From Octopus bimaculoides (lineage: Eukaryota), in the NCBI RefSeq assembly GCF_001194135.2, contig NC_068996.1, forward strand, positions 50,195,825 through 50,259,824: a stretch of 64,000 nt of DNA, written 5' to 3'. A program made the translations under genes and the position numbers. Numbering within the stretch: position 1 is the first letter of the stretch; each line of letters opens with the position of its first letter. The notes beneath the pieces were generated by a model. That model searched no databases and was not told the origin of the DNA. It saw nothing but the letters and a program-made list of their open reading frames with translations. Below, piece by piece: positions 38,260 to 50,362 of this stretch.

Positions 38260-38734
38260 GTATGTTTTTTTTTCCTGTAATTTGTCAAAAGATTTACAGA
38301 GGTACAATTTATTTAATAGCCATCTCTTTCAGCCAGTTAGATTCATTTGTGAAAAGTCAATAAGAAGAAGTAAATAAGTTAAGAGATATTAAAGCTTTCA
38401 GCTTTGATTCTCACATCAATTGTGACAAAAAAATGATTCTGTTGTATGTGTGCACACTGACATTACCCATCCAGCAGAGCATGCTAGATTCGTTTCTTTC
38501 AAGCCTTTGCAAGTCCTCTGTAGTCGAAGCCCGTTTCACTGCCATGTAGCATAGCTGTACATACATACACAGGCATCATACAATTTGCTTTACACATCTT
38601 GTCTTTTCTATTGTTGGAAATGACAGATACATACCATTACTTACCTACAAGATTGCCATTTGCTTACTAATAAGGAATTCTCACAAGTAATAATAAATGT
38701 TCTCCCATTATAGTTTTGTGGTTCTATTTCTTAG

Positions 38735-38845
38735 ATCCTGAAAACCAACCGAGTTAATCTCATAAAGAAAATGAAGAAAGAAGCTGATGTTTACCGTAGT
38801 TGGAAAATGAAAAAAGATGTGGAAGTTAACAAGCTTCTACAGAAT
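38735..38845 (+). CDS. KIF4: KIF4 exon 15 (ILKTNRVNLIKKMKKEADVYRSWK...)
   Basis: RV.L...MKE...FR.WK motif; canonical sites. Confidence 0.94.
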
Positions 38846-39025
38846 GTAAGATTTTTTTTTTTTACTCTTCTTATTTTTGTTCTTTTTCTATTGTATTAAT
38901 AATACAGCATATTGCATGTAACTTGGAAATTTTAGATCCATATTTATTTAATATTATTTAATGTATTTAATATTTTTAATTATTAAAAAAAAAAATCTAT
39001 ACTATTTTATCTTCTATTTATATAG

Positions 39026-39109
39026 GACAGAAAAAGACAATTTGAAATCCAAAAGCTACAAAGAGCTCAAGAAAAGCAGCAGGCCATACTGAAAAGGAAA
39101 TCTGAAGAG
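39026..39109 (+). CDS. KIF4: KIF4 exon 16 (DRKRQFEIQKLQRAQEKQQAILKRKSEE)
   Basis: DRKRQ...L.RK.EE motif. Confidence 0.94.
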
Positions 39110-39194
39110 GTTTCTCACTTATTCTTCATAAATTTTCCTTAATAATTTTTTTTTTGGTCTAATGTGCATGACTATGAAATTAACATATGAATAG

Positions 39195-39427
39195 TATTGG
39201 GTTGTCTGGAAAGTTTGTGCCGATTTATAGTAGCTTACTCTTTCGACTTATTTGCCATGAAACCACCTCAATTCTGGGAAGAGGGTATTTTCAAGTTAAA
39301 GGAAAGATGGAGACGCATTGTGCAACAAAATGGTTCATATTTGGTTGATTAAAAATGTAATGGCAAGTATTTATTGACCTTTTTCTTTCCTTTAAAAATC
39401 GGCACGAACTTTCCGGACAACCCAATA
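39195..39427 (+). mobile_element. Mariner-derived MITE (internal-deletion derivative)
   Basis: About 32-bp TIR tattgggttgtc(t/c)ggaaagtt(t/c)gtgccgattt including the TA TSD; internal FWEEGIFKLKERWRRIVQQNGSYLVD* resembles a mariner transposase C-terminus. Confidence 0.85.
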
Positions 39428-40905
39428 TTTTACAAAAAAAAAGAATTGTACTTTTTTATTTTTTACTTGTTTAAGTCATTGGACTGTAGCCATGCTGGGG
39501 CACTGCATTGAAGGCTTTTAGTCAGACTAATTGACCCCCCCCCCCTCCGACTTATTTTTAAAGTCTGGTACTTACCCATTAGACTAGCTAAAGTGCTAAA
39601 TTATGGAGACATGAACAAACTAATACCAGTTTTCAAGCAGTGGTTGAAGATAACACAAACACACACAATGTGGGCTTCTTTCAGTCTCCACCTACTAGAT
39701 CTGCTCACAAGGCTTTGGTTATCTGGGGTTATAATAGAAGACACTTGCCCAAAGTGCCACAGAGAACCCAAAACCATGTGGTAGGAAGCCAAACTTCTCA
39801 GCACACGACCATGACAAGATACAAAGGTACAATTCCTTTTTTGTAAAATACTCTTCATATATTAATTCCACTTCATTATTTGTGCAAAAAGACTAATAAA
39901 TTGGCAAGGAATTTCAAGTTCCTATCTTCTTAAACCTTTGTCCAAAGTATTTCCATAAGTTTGTCCTAGAGCGTCTGCTCTTGTTTCCAGATCTTTTATA
40001 AAGTCCTGAGGTCTTTGGCAGTTGAAACAAGTCTACTACTGAGTCTATCAGACACTTGCAGAACTGCTTCATTATGGGGACATAAACAAACCAGCATCAG
40101 TTTTTAGGCAGTGGTTGGGGACCAAACCAGGGCACCAAACTGTTAATTGTTAATTAACATTTTCATTAATGATTTAACTTTGGAAATCATTATTGGACTA
40201 TAATTAATTTTCATTAACATTGAATTGAAGTTAACGGATTTTATAGTTTCATACTTTTTAAAGGTGTGTTTTGGTGATTTTAGAGCAAAAACTGATTTTT
40301 TTTCTGTAATAAAAGTTATGTTAACGGTTTATCAATAACTTCCGTTACTTTAGGTAATAACTGACTGATTAATTAATAGTTATCGAAGTTAATTTTTTGG
40401 TCAATGGACTAACAGTTAACGAAGTTAACTTTTCGATTAACAGTTCCTAGCTTTGTTAGGGACAAACACAACAATTTACAAATACACACATATATGTATA
40501 CATTTTTGTTTTTCCCCTCACTGTATAATTTTTTTTTTTTTTTTTTTTTGCAATTAGCTTAATTTGATGCTAATTGCATTAAAAATATTAACACCAATGT
40601 AATTAACCCTTTTGTTACTATATTTCAACAGAAATATACCTCTTTTGTTTCAATTAATTTTGAAAATAACCCAGAATTTAATAAACTTGTCTTATAAAGC
40701 TGGTATTTAGAACACAAATTACTAAGAAATTTTCAAGGAAAGTTCTAATTTAGATCACATTAAAACGGAATTTGTAACATTGAACCTGGGCCAGTTTCAA
40801 AAGTGATTTGGCATCCTTTAAATTTTGTTATTTGGTATGTGTCATGTTTAATGTTGTTTATTGATAAATATAACGAAAAAAATATATATATATTATGTAT
40901 TGTAG

Positions 40906-41022
40906 GCTGCGGTTGCAAATAAACGATTGAAAGAGGCATTAAAGAAACAAGCTCTTGTTAGGAATGAGCGTAACAATAATTTTGAAAGATATGACGCTAG
41001 TGCAAATGCAACAAAATTAAAG
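40906..41022 (+). CDS. KIF4: KIF4 exon 17 (AAVANKRLKEALKKQ...)
   Basis: AAAANKRLK.AL motif of KIF4. Confidence 0.94.
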
Positions 41023-41271
41023 GTATGATAGGTTTTTTTGTTTTTTTTTTAATTGTGTATGAATGTAAAAGGAATTTCAGTAAATTAGTTTCTCCTGATT
41101 GTGAAAGGAACTTTGATATTTAACTCTGAGTCAACCTTGATTGAATAAACGGATGATGAAAGGAATTCTAACTTTGAACCATNNNNNNNNNNTTGTGGGA
41201 AATTTTGTCACTTGTTCTATCAGTTAAAGTGGGTGTGGTTGAATTTAAGTATAAGAATACCAAAAAAAAAA

Positions 41272-41492
41272 AATCCTTTTAACATTTAGGTTACTCTGTC
41301 AAATTTAATACTTATTTATTGACATTGTTTTGAATTAGTCATGTGCTATCTCGTAGTCTTGAGATTTCAGTGATGTAATTGCTTAAATTTAGAATGACAT
41401 TGTAGGGTGGGTGTGAGAGGATAGATCTGGCCAGTTTGACAATAAAACAGGTAAAATATTTAATCTGGCTCATTTAAATGCTTATGGATTAA
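41272..41492 (+). mobile_element. MITE family D
   Basis: Family D internal sequence, degenerate termini. Confidence 0.78.
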
Positions 41493-42108
41493 CTATTTAA
41501 TATCCAGTTCTTTTTCTTTGTTTCTTGTTTCATTTTTTAATGTAGAACTTGTAGGATGTTCATTATTATCTTTGTTTCTCTATGATTTCATATATAATCT
41601 CTTCTTTTATGTTTACTTCAAGGAATATCTTTTTCCAATCTATGATGTGTTTTTATCTTTATGATTGAGTAACAAAAACAAGAAAAAAAGATAAGATGTT
41701 TGTATTACTAAAGGTTTTACATGATTATTGTATCAACCATGACAGAAAAATATTAAGAATTTAAGGGTTATTAAACACCTGTGTCCTTGTTTAAAGCCAC
41801 TGGTTTCCACTTATAGTGAACTTTTCTTCCTTACATACACACACACATCCACATCTAGTAGAGAATTTCGTTATATTGGCAAAACAAAATGTAACTTCTT
41901 ACAATTGTTACTAAGTTTGGGTGTAAACACTTAGAATTGTAAAACCTTTTTTTTTTTTTATTGTTTCAATGACAACTAAATATATAAACCAATAAAAAAC
42001 ATTATAAATCATGAGTTACCTCTGGATCATTAACCTTTAAGATGATATCTATGCATAAATGTTTTTGACAAGAAAGTAATACATATAATTATGTTTATAC
42101 AATGTTAG

Positions 42109-42243
42109 ACACTATTGGACCAAGAATTGGAAGTGAAAGTTCGAGTCCAGGAAGCAAAATACCACTTAAAGAATTTGGTTGAAGACCGAAAAACTTTGTC
42201 TTTGGAGTTGAGGCGCTTGAAAAATTCAGATCCACCTACAAAG
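42109..42243 (+). CDS. KIF4: KIF4 exon 18 (TLLDQELEVKVRVQEAKYHLKNLVEDRKTL...PPTK)
   Basis: E.EV....EA..HL..L.EDRK.L motif. Confidence 0.93.
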
Positions 42244-43760
42244 GTTGGTGTTTTTTGTTTATAAATTTTACTTATAAAGCTTAAAATTAATATTAAGGAA
42301 TTTAAGGTATAAAGGTCTGTATGGAAGAGAATGAGAAATTTAAATGAAGTGATCCTGTTTAGGATTTCGTGGAAAGTTGTTAGTGTTGCTAAAATATGTA
42401 GAACAATCATTTATTTGTTCATCTTCTCCACTCGCTATTTTTAGAAGAATCTTGGAGGTAGAGTCCTCAGGCATCCCTTCCATAGGGGCCTATCAGAAGT
42501 AGCCAAAATTACATGCTTTAGCTGGATTACCAAGTATGATGAACTGGCACTGGATGCTATCCAACCAACTCATTCTTTGGTCTACCCCTAGGTCTCCTGC
42601 CAATTAGCATTAATTGAAGAATCCATCTTGGGATTCTTTCTTGTAATATTTACCTCATGCTGGTGGCATGTAAGAAGCACCATTTGAGCATAGTCGTTGC
42701 CAGTGCCACCTGACTGGTTCCCATGCCGGTGGCACATAAAAAGCACCCACTACACTCTCAGAGTGGTTGGCATTAGGAAGGGCATCCAGCTGTAGAAACT
42801 TTGCCAGTTCAGATTGGAGCCTGGTGCAGCCTCTTTCCTTGCCAGTCACCAGTCAAACCATCCAACCTATGGCAGCATGGAAAGCAGACATTAAATGATG
42901 ATGTCCATGGTGTCAGAGCTGTAACATCTCAATGTAGAGAAGCAACAGCTCAGCCTGGAGAGAGAGAGAGAGAGTGAGAGACTCCCTGAACCCTTGAGTT
43001 ATGCATCTTGTCAAGTAACTTTATTCTGAAGAGTAATAAGAATCCCATTTCAGCTAATTGTATTCACAATTCTACTCTTTTTGGTCATTACCTGGCATTC
43101 ATGACCATAGGGGAGGATAGGCATGGAAACCGAAATGAAAGTAGTGGGTTTGGCTACTTTGTATTTTTTTGACCAGTTTCTTCTCTTCTGAGGATCAAAC
43201 ACTGGAACTGGCACATTATTGTGCCAACACCTGCAATTCTAGCATCCCATTCAGCTTCATGTTTCCTTGTATTCTTCAGATACTTAAACTTCTCCACTTG
43301 TCTCAGTGATTCTTTCTTTTATTCTTTTACTGGTTTCACACTCTGGGTTGTGGCCATGCTTGGGCACTGCCTCAAAGGGTTTATGTTGAATGAATTAATC
43401 CCAGTGCTTTTTAAAAAAATTTTTAAGCCTGTTATTCTGTCAGTCTTTTAGGCCGAACTGCTAAGTTATGGGGATATAAACAAACCAGTACTGGTTGTCA
43501 AGTAGTAGTGGGGAGACAAACAAAAGATACACAAACACACACATGCTAATATGATGGGGTTCTTTCAGTTTGCATCTACCAAATTCACTCACAATGCATC
43601 AGTTCATGGCTCTAGATGAAACTTGCCCAAGATGGCATGCAATGGGGCTGAACCCAGAATCCTGTAGTTGGGAATCAAACTTCTTATCACATGGCCAAGC
43701 TGCACCTGATGCAAAAACTTTTTCTTTTTTTTTTTTAATTTTAATGAATTCCTTTTTCAG

Positions 43761-43843
43761 AAACATATAGCAACTGATGGTGATGGCAGCCCAAAGGAGG
43801 TGAATATTAGTATCAAGAAGTTAACTGATGAAATTAATGACAG
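43761..43843 (+). CDS. KIF4: KIF4 exon 19 (KHIATDGDGSPKEVNISIKKLTDEIND/R)
   Basis: ctttttcag acceptor; phase-2 donor fits exon 20. Confidence 0.85.
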
Positions 43844-43956
43844 GTTTGTGTTTTTATGTTAATTTTCTGAATGCTAATGTTACTATATTTCTGTTAAAAT
43901 GTATTGTTTTCATTCCATTTTGTTTTCAAAACCGACAAAGAATTTAGTAAAGTAAC

Positions 43957-45053
43957 AGAATTTTTGAGACATTTTCAGGAGAGACACCTATTAATTTCAA
44001 AGAAATCGAAAATACTATTCTCCTTCAAAATAGTATCATCTCTCTTCAATGCTCTTGCAAAAAACCGGCCCCTTTGTGTAGGACTTCAGGGTGAAGGTGT
44101 CAGGACCCTTGTTGCAGCTTCCTCCAGTTTGGGGAACAGCCAAAAGTCACAGGGAGCATGGTCTGGGCTGCACGGAGAGTGAGGGACAGTTTTGATGCCC
44201 ATCTCTGCCAGGATGGAATTACGGACTGCTGCATTGTCCTGATGTAAGTGCTCTGGCATTTTGCTACAAAATCTTTTCTTAAATCTCGCCAAACCACCAC
44301 AAGGCACTTATTGTTGAGGAAACCTAGTAGATGTAGATGATGCTGTTGCTTTTGAAAAACAGGGATCATAACAAGCTCCTGGTGGACTTGCTTTCTCTGG
44401 CTTTCCATTGGGCACTGTGGCCTTTTGGTTGCTGGATCATAAGCAATAGATCCAGATTTCGTCACAGGTCACCAGAGACTCAAGTGGTCTTTGATTGGAG
44501 GTAATGAGCTCAACCATCTCCCTGCTGTCACCAATGCTTCATTCCTTCTGTTCGTCACTGTGTGCACCAAGAAAAAACTTTGTACAAATTTTACTCGCGT
44601 TCAGATCTTCCTGAATAGTCCTGTATACGCTTGCTACACCAATTCCAAACTATATGCTTCTTGTCATTGTCCCTCACCTTGAAGAGCTTTGATGCACTTG
44701 TGCCAGCAAAAAACAAATGCTCAGCTCACAAGTTAATCTATGACCAGTCTGGAGCATTTCATAATTTTCTGTAGCATTTTTGCCCAGTTTTTACACGAAA
44801 CATAATTGCATGGTAAGCTTCCAAATAGTCATGTCTCAACCGAATTCTGCAAACCAGTCAGCTATGACAAGCAGTGCTTAGTAGGGTGTGTTCAAAGTAC
44901 TGTTACAGCCGTCTCCTTCAATCTGGAATAAAAAAAAAAATAATAAAGGTCGGTGGCAGGTCAGCTTGATAGATGTATCGTAATGATATACCGAAATTAC
45001 AATAATGCAATATAGTTACAATTACCGCTCCTGAAAAAAGTCTCAAAACTTCT
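43957..45053 (-). mobile_element. Decayed Tc1/mariner (mariner-type) transposon
   Basis: Broken frames give VTCDEIWIY..YDPATKR, HQDNA and VPHSPCSPDHAPCDFWLFPKL; imperfect inverted repeats at 43957-43981 and 45028-45053. Confidence 0.85.
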
Positions 45054-45382
45054 GGAATGCACTTCGCGTTTGTGTGTCCTTGTCTTGACATTGTTTGGTA
45101 GTTGTGAATGAGTGCTACTGTCAACATAAGCAGTGTCATTCTCCAATATTCTCCGAGTATACATGTGTTGCCATGGGGGAAATTGGTGCCTTTCTTTTTA
45201 ATCTTTTACTTGTTGCTGGGGCACCACATTGAATTGTATCAACCCCCAGTACTTTTTTGTTTTTAAAGGTTGGTACTTATTCTATTGGTCTCTTTGGCTG
45301 AACTGCTAAGTTACAAAGGCATAAACACAAACACTAGTTGTCAAGTGGTGTCGGGTGGGGAGACAAAACATGCATGTTGATA

Positions 45383-45398
45383 TACATACATACATACA

Positions 45399-45484
<86 letters not shown>

Positions 45485-45490
45485 CATACA
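45383..45490. repeat. (TACA)n/(TA)n microsatellite inside a family A SINE
   Basis: Direct inspection. Confidence 0.95.
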
Positions 45491-45739
45491 TACGACAAGT
45501 TTCTTCAGTTTCTGTCTACCAAATCCACTCACAATGCTTTGGTTGGCCTAAGGCTTATAGTAGAAGACACTTGCCCAAGATGCCATGCAAAGGGACTGAA
45601 CCTGGAACTATGTGGTTGGGAAGCAAGCTTCTTGCCACACCTGCTTATACATAATTCTGTGGATATGTAATATGAATCTAAATTCCTTTAACTTCTTAAA
45701 TTTATTGCTATTTTCAATACTATTTTGCATATATTATAG

Positions 45740-45789
45740 GAATGTCCAAATTGCTACTCTTCAATCAGAAATCCAAGAGGCAGAAAATG
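45740..45789 (+). CDS. KIF4: KIF4 exon 20 (NVQIATLQSEIQEAEN)
   Basis: Equivalent to KIF4 RSAQIADLQQK; GTAAGA donor. Confidence 0.9.
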
Positions 45790-45940
45790 GTAAGAATTAA
45801 TTCTGATTTCTTTTATTTTTTTTTTTGTTATTCCTATCATAATTTTTGTCTTTCTATAAATTTAATTTTTCTTACATTTATTTATTGCACACATTAAAAT
45901 TAACCTTTTCTCTAAAATCTTGACATGTTCTTTCTTTCAG

Positions 45941-46017
45941 ATAAATTCAAAGGATGCACTGAAACAATCCGTAGCATCAATGATTCTAAAGTTCTTTTGA
46001 ACTTTTTAATTGAGAAG
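45941..46017 (+). CDS. KIF4: KIF4 exon 21 (DKFKGCTETIRSINDSKVLLNFLIEK)
   Basis: tttctttcag acceptor; phase 1 to phase 0. Confidence 0.87.
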
Positions 46018-46043
46018 GTAAAATTAAAAAAATTTTTCTTATC

Positions 46044-46312
46044 TCAACCCTTTAGCATTATTCAACCCATTATTCAACTCAACCTTTTAGCATTATTCTG
46101 TCAAATGTGATGCTTATTTATCCACTTTGTGTTGAATCAATCGTGTATTTGTTTAGTTTCAGAACGGCATTGTAAGGTTGGTGTGATATGCCAGATCTGG
46201 CTGATCTGAGCATAAAATAAGCAGGCTGTATGAGTTGGATCTGATCTGTTTTAACGTAAAATAGGTGGAATATTTGAGCTGGATGTAGCCAATGTAAATG
46301 CTAAAAAGTTAA
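46044..46312 (+). mobile_element. MITE family D with a duplicated left end
   Basis: tcaaccctttagcatt twice, family D internal sequence, right end gctaaaaagttaa. Confidence 0.82.
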
Positions 46313-46363
46313 AAGAGGAAATATATATATTTTTTTATATGTATAGATATGCTTCAGTATTAC

Positions 46364-46748
46364 TCTTTTACTTGTTTCACTCATTTGACTCCAGCCACGC
46401 TGGAGCACCGCCTTTTAGTCGAGTTAATTGACCCTAGGACTTATTCTTTGTAAGCCTAGTACTTATTCTATCTGTCTCTTTAGCCGAACCGCTGAGTTAC
46501 GGGGACATAAACACACCAGCATCGGTTGTCAAGCGATGGTGGGGGGACAAACACAGACACATGCATATATATATACATATATACGACGGGCTTCTTTCAG
46601 TTTCCGTGTACCAAATCCACTCACAAAGCTTTGGTCGGCCTGAGGCTATAGCAGAAGACACTTGCCCAAGGTGCCACACAGTGGGACTGAACCCTGAATC
46701 ATGTGGTTGGTAAGCAAGCTACTTACCACACAGCCACTCATGCGCCTA
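46364..46748 (-). mobile_element. SINE family A, young full-length copy
   Basis: Near-identical to the other young copies. Confidence 0.9.
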
Positions 46749-47698
46749 TATCTTGNNNNNNNNNNNNNNNNNNNNNNNNNNNNNNNNNNNNNNNNNNNNN
46801 NNNNNNNNNNNNNNNNNNNNNNNNNNNNNNNNNNNNNNNNNNNNNNNNNNNNNNNNNNNNNNNNNNNNNNNNNNNNNNNNNNNNNNNNNNNNNNNNNNNN
46901 NNNNNNNNNNNNNNNNNNNNNNNNNNNNNNNNNNNNNNNNNNNNNNNNNNNNNNNNNNNNNNNNNNNNNNNNNNNNNNNNNNNNNNNNNNNNNNNNNNNN
47001 NNNNNNNNNNNNNNNNNNNNNNNNNNNNNNNNNNNNNNNNNNNNNNNNNNNNNNNNNNNNNNNNNNNNNNNNNNNNNNNNNNNNNNNNNNNNNNNNNNNN
47101 NNNNNNNNNNNNNNNNNNNNNNNNNNNNNNNNNNNNNNNNNNNNNNNNNNNNNNNNNNNNNNNNNNNNNNNNNNNNNNNNNNNNNNNNNNNNNNNNNNNN
47201 NNNNNNNNNNNNNNNNNNNNNNNNNNNNNNNNNNNNNNNNNNNNNNNNNNNNNNNNNNNNNNNNNNNNNNNNNNNNNNNNNNNNNNNNNNNNNNNNNNNN
47301 NNNNNNNNNNNNNNNNNNNNNNNNNNNNNNNNNNNNNNNNNNNNNNNNNNNNNNNNNNNNNNNNNNNNNNNNNNNNNNNNNNNNNNNNNNNNNNNNNNNN
47401 NNNNNNNNNNNNNNNNNNNNNNNNNNNNNNNNNNNNNNNNNNNNNNNNNNNNNNNNNNNNNNNNNNNNNNNNNNNNNNNNNNNNNNNNNNNNNNNNNNNN
47501 NNNNNNNNNNNNNNNNNNNNNNNNNNNNNNNNNNNNNNNNNGGTAGATTCGTTATTTTTTCCCTTCTTTTACCTTTGTAATTTGCTAGTATTACTTTTTT
47601 TCGGGAGTTGTATTTTTGAAGAGAAATGGTAGTTTTTTGGCTGCTATTTCTATTTTTTGGTGTGTGGTGAAGCAACACTTGCTGAACCCTAAATTTTA

Positions 47699-47719
<21 letters not shown>

Positions 47720-47730
<11 letters not shown>

Positions 47731-47910
47731 TTCAAAAAAACAACAAAGTGAGGACGTGATACGGATAGTATTATTGGACGCTCAGGAAAGGAAAGAGAGA
47801 GTGTATGACGTTTCGGGCGTAGCCCTTCGTCGGAAAGATGGAAAGTTCGGAGAATGGAAGAACGGAGAAAGAGGAAAATGGTACTGATGCCCACGAGGTT
47901 ACATTATGTA
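47720..47910 (-). mobile_element. Penelope-like element terminal (pLTR) fragment
   Basis: Minus strand reads SDEGLRPKR / ccgacgaagggctacgcccgaaacgtc, the hammerhead-bearing signature of Penelope pLTRs. Confidence 0.6.
47800..47840 (-). ncRNA. Minimal type-I hammerhead ribozyme-like motif, degenerate
   Basis: C-C-GACGA-A, stem II GGGC-UAC-GCCC, GAAA-C-GUC with palindromic ACGU in helix III; U4 is C and helix I is weak. Confidence 0.5.
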
Positions 47911-48101
47911 TATACATACATACATACATACATATAAATGTATGTGTATTTTTTCACTGTTTACAAATAACACGGAAAAAATAAATAAATAGTTACCAGG
48001 GTAACAAAACTTCACACAAGTACCAAGGATGTAACAGCCTACTTATAAATGTAGAAATTCCAAGGTTTCATGGAATGTTCTTGTATAACATGGATAAATA
48101 A

Positions 48102-48282
<181 letters not shown>

Positions 48283-48538
48283 CAATTTAGTAGTTTCCTC
48301 TGCAAAACATGATTCTTATTGAGGTAAATATTTACATATAGCTAGAATGGCCATGATTTTACATCGATCTAACTCCAAGTTTTCAGTTCCTTTAAGACAG
48401 ATTTTAACACAGTTCACTCGACTGTTGGTTCTTTTAAAAAAAAATTTTTTTTTTTTTATTGCAATGTCACTCGAGGTGGATTTATTGTAATTGTTCATAT
48501 TCTCATGCAGTCGCATTAATTAAATCTCTTTCATACAG

Positions 48539-48709
48539 AGTATCAAAGAACGGGTTGAACATAATAACGACAAGTCTACTGTGAAAGACCTCAAAGATAA
48601 TTATTTGGAACTTATCAAAGAGAAAGACTCAAATGAAATGAAAATGAAATCATTGCAAAATCAGCATGAGTCAAGCCTTGTAGACTTGCAGCAGAAATAT
48701 GAAAGCAAG
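48539..48709 (+). CDS. KIF4: KIF4 exon 22 (SIKERVEHNNDK...LVDLQQKYESK)
   Basis: Open purine-rich coiled coil; cag acceptor, GTAACT donor. Confidence 0.88.
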
Positions 48710-49900
48710 GTAACTATTAAGTTATTAATCCAAAAACACATGTAAGTACTTATATGTGTGCACAAGCCCAAACTTCAACTCATTGTTATTATATCGTTGT
48801 CGTTGTTTTATTGTTCACTTTTTCATTCTTGTGAGTTGGACGAAGTTTAGTTAGGCAGATTTTCTACAGCCAGATGCTCTTTGGTGTTGCCAACTCTCAC
48901 CTGTTTTCATATAAGGTATTATATCTCTCCATGGCCAATCATGTTCTCGCAGAATATTGGAAATGAAACATGCTGCTATGTGGCACAACAATAAGCATTT
49001 ATGATTAACAATATCAAGTCAAGGAGATACGAACATACACACATTTGTACAGACATATATTCTTACACACATTTCAGCTTCTGTCTATCTAGCCCACTTA
49101 CAACGCTTTGGATGGTCCAGAAGATGCTTGCCCGTGGTGCCACCCAATGGGACTGAACCTAAAATCACGTGTTTGAGAAGTGTACTTCTTAACCACACAG
49201 CCATGTTATATATATGTATTATGTATGTATGTATGCAGGACTACATAACTCAATGAGTCCTTTCTTTTGGAACATGTGGCTGTTATTTTTAACAGGTCAA
49301 TCTACCCACTTAGACGCTGGTGTGTATTACAATATGGGGAAACAAACACTGATTATGTCAAGCAGTGAGGGTGAGCATGCATGCACACACATGATAGGCT
49401 TCTTTGCAATTTCTGTTTCCCAAAGCATTGGTCAGTCTGGAGCTGTAGCAGAAGGCACTTGACTGAGGTGTTGTGCAGTGGTACTGAACCTGAAACTGTG
49501 TGGTTGGAAAATGAGCTTCGTAACCACACGGCCATACCTGTGTTTGATCATTATCATTAGTTAATAATCCATTTTCCATGGGTTGGATGGTTTGACAGGA
49601 GCTGGCATGACCAAGGGCAACACTAGGTTCCATAGTCTGTTTTGGTATGGTTTCAATGACTGGATGTCCTTCCTAACTCTTTACAGAGTGTATAGGTTGC
49701 TTTTTATGTGGTACTATCTCTGACAGGGGTACCTAGTACCCTGCAAGACAAGGACTCTTCAACTGGGTTAAGGGAGAGTGGCATTTAAGATGGTATGGCT
49801 TTGTGCTAGTTGAAAGATTTGAGGTATAGAGGGGACAGATGTAGATGTTGTCTGTAGCAGTTTCTAACAAATGGTAAGTTTGAATTTGTTTAAATTACAG

Positions 49901-49984
49901 ATATCGTTTTTACTAAAACAACTGAAGAATGGGTCAGAGGAAGAAGACAGCCCAATGCCAAACGGTATACACGGAGCACGTAAT
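49901..49984 (+). CDS. KIF4: KIF4 exon 23 (ISFLLKQLKNGSEEEDSPMPNGIHGARN)
   Basis: K-ISFLLKQL corresponds to KIF4 KVLYLLSQL. Only the GTTAGT donor at 49985 keeps the frame. Confidence 0.75.
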
Positions 49985-50019
49985 GTTAGTAGTTATTTTT
50001 CTTTTTTTCTGTTTCTCTT

Positions 50020-50362
50020 CTAACCATTTAGCTTTCAAATTTCTTTGTCCAATTTATTGCTTCTTTCTTCACATTGTTTTGGAATTAATCATGCATTATT
50101 TCATAGCTCCAAGATTTCAATGGTGTTTGTATATTTTTAGAAAGACATTGTTCAGGGTGTCCACAAAGTCTGGGTACATGGAGTAAATAAAATCTTAACA
50201 TAAACAATTAAATATAAGAAATAATGATTTCTTAAAGTATGTGTTAATCCTCATGTACCCAGATTTTGTGGACACCCTGTAGGTATATGTGAGAGGTTGA
50301 GTCTGGTCAGTTTTAACTTAGAACAGGTAGAATATTTTGGCCGGATATGGCCAGTTTAAATA
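50020..50362 (+). mobile_element. MITE family D with a nested Tc1-type MITE (50153-50279)
   Basis: Family D sequence is interrupted at acattgt|aggt by cagggtgtccacaaa...tttgtggacaccctg. Confidence 0.82.

Noticed and set aside
3219-47678. Long ORFs in the track (297, 414, 372, 310 aa and others)
   Set aside because: They consist almost entirely of X from N gaps.
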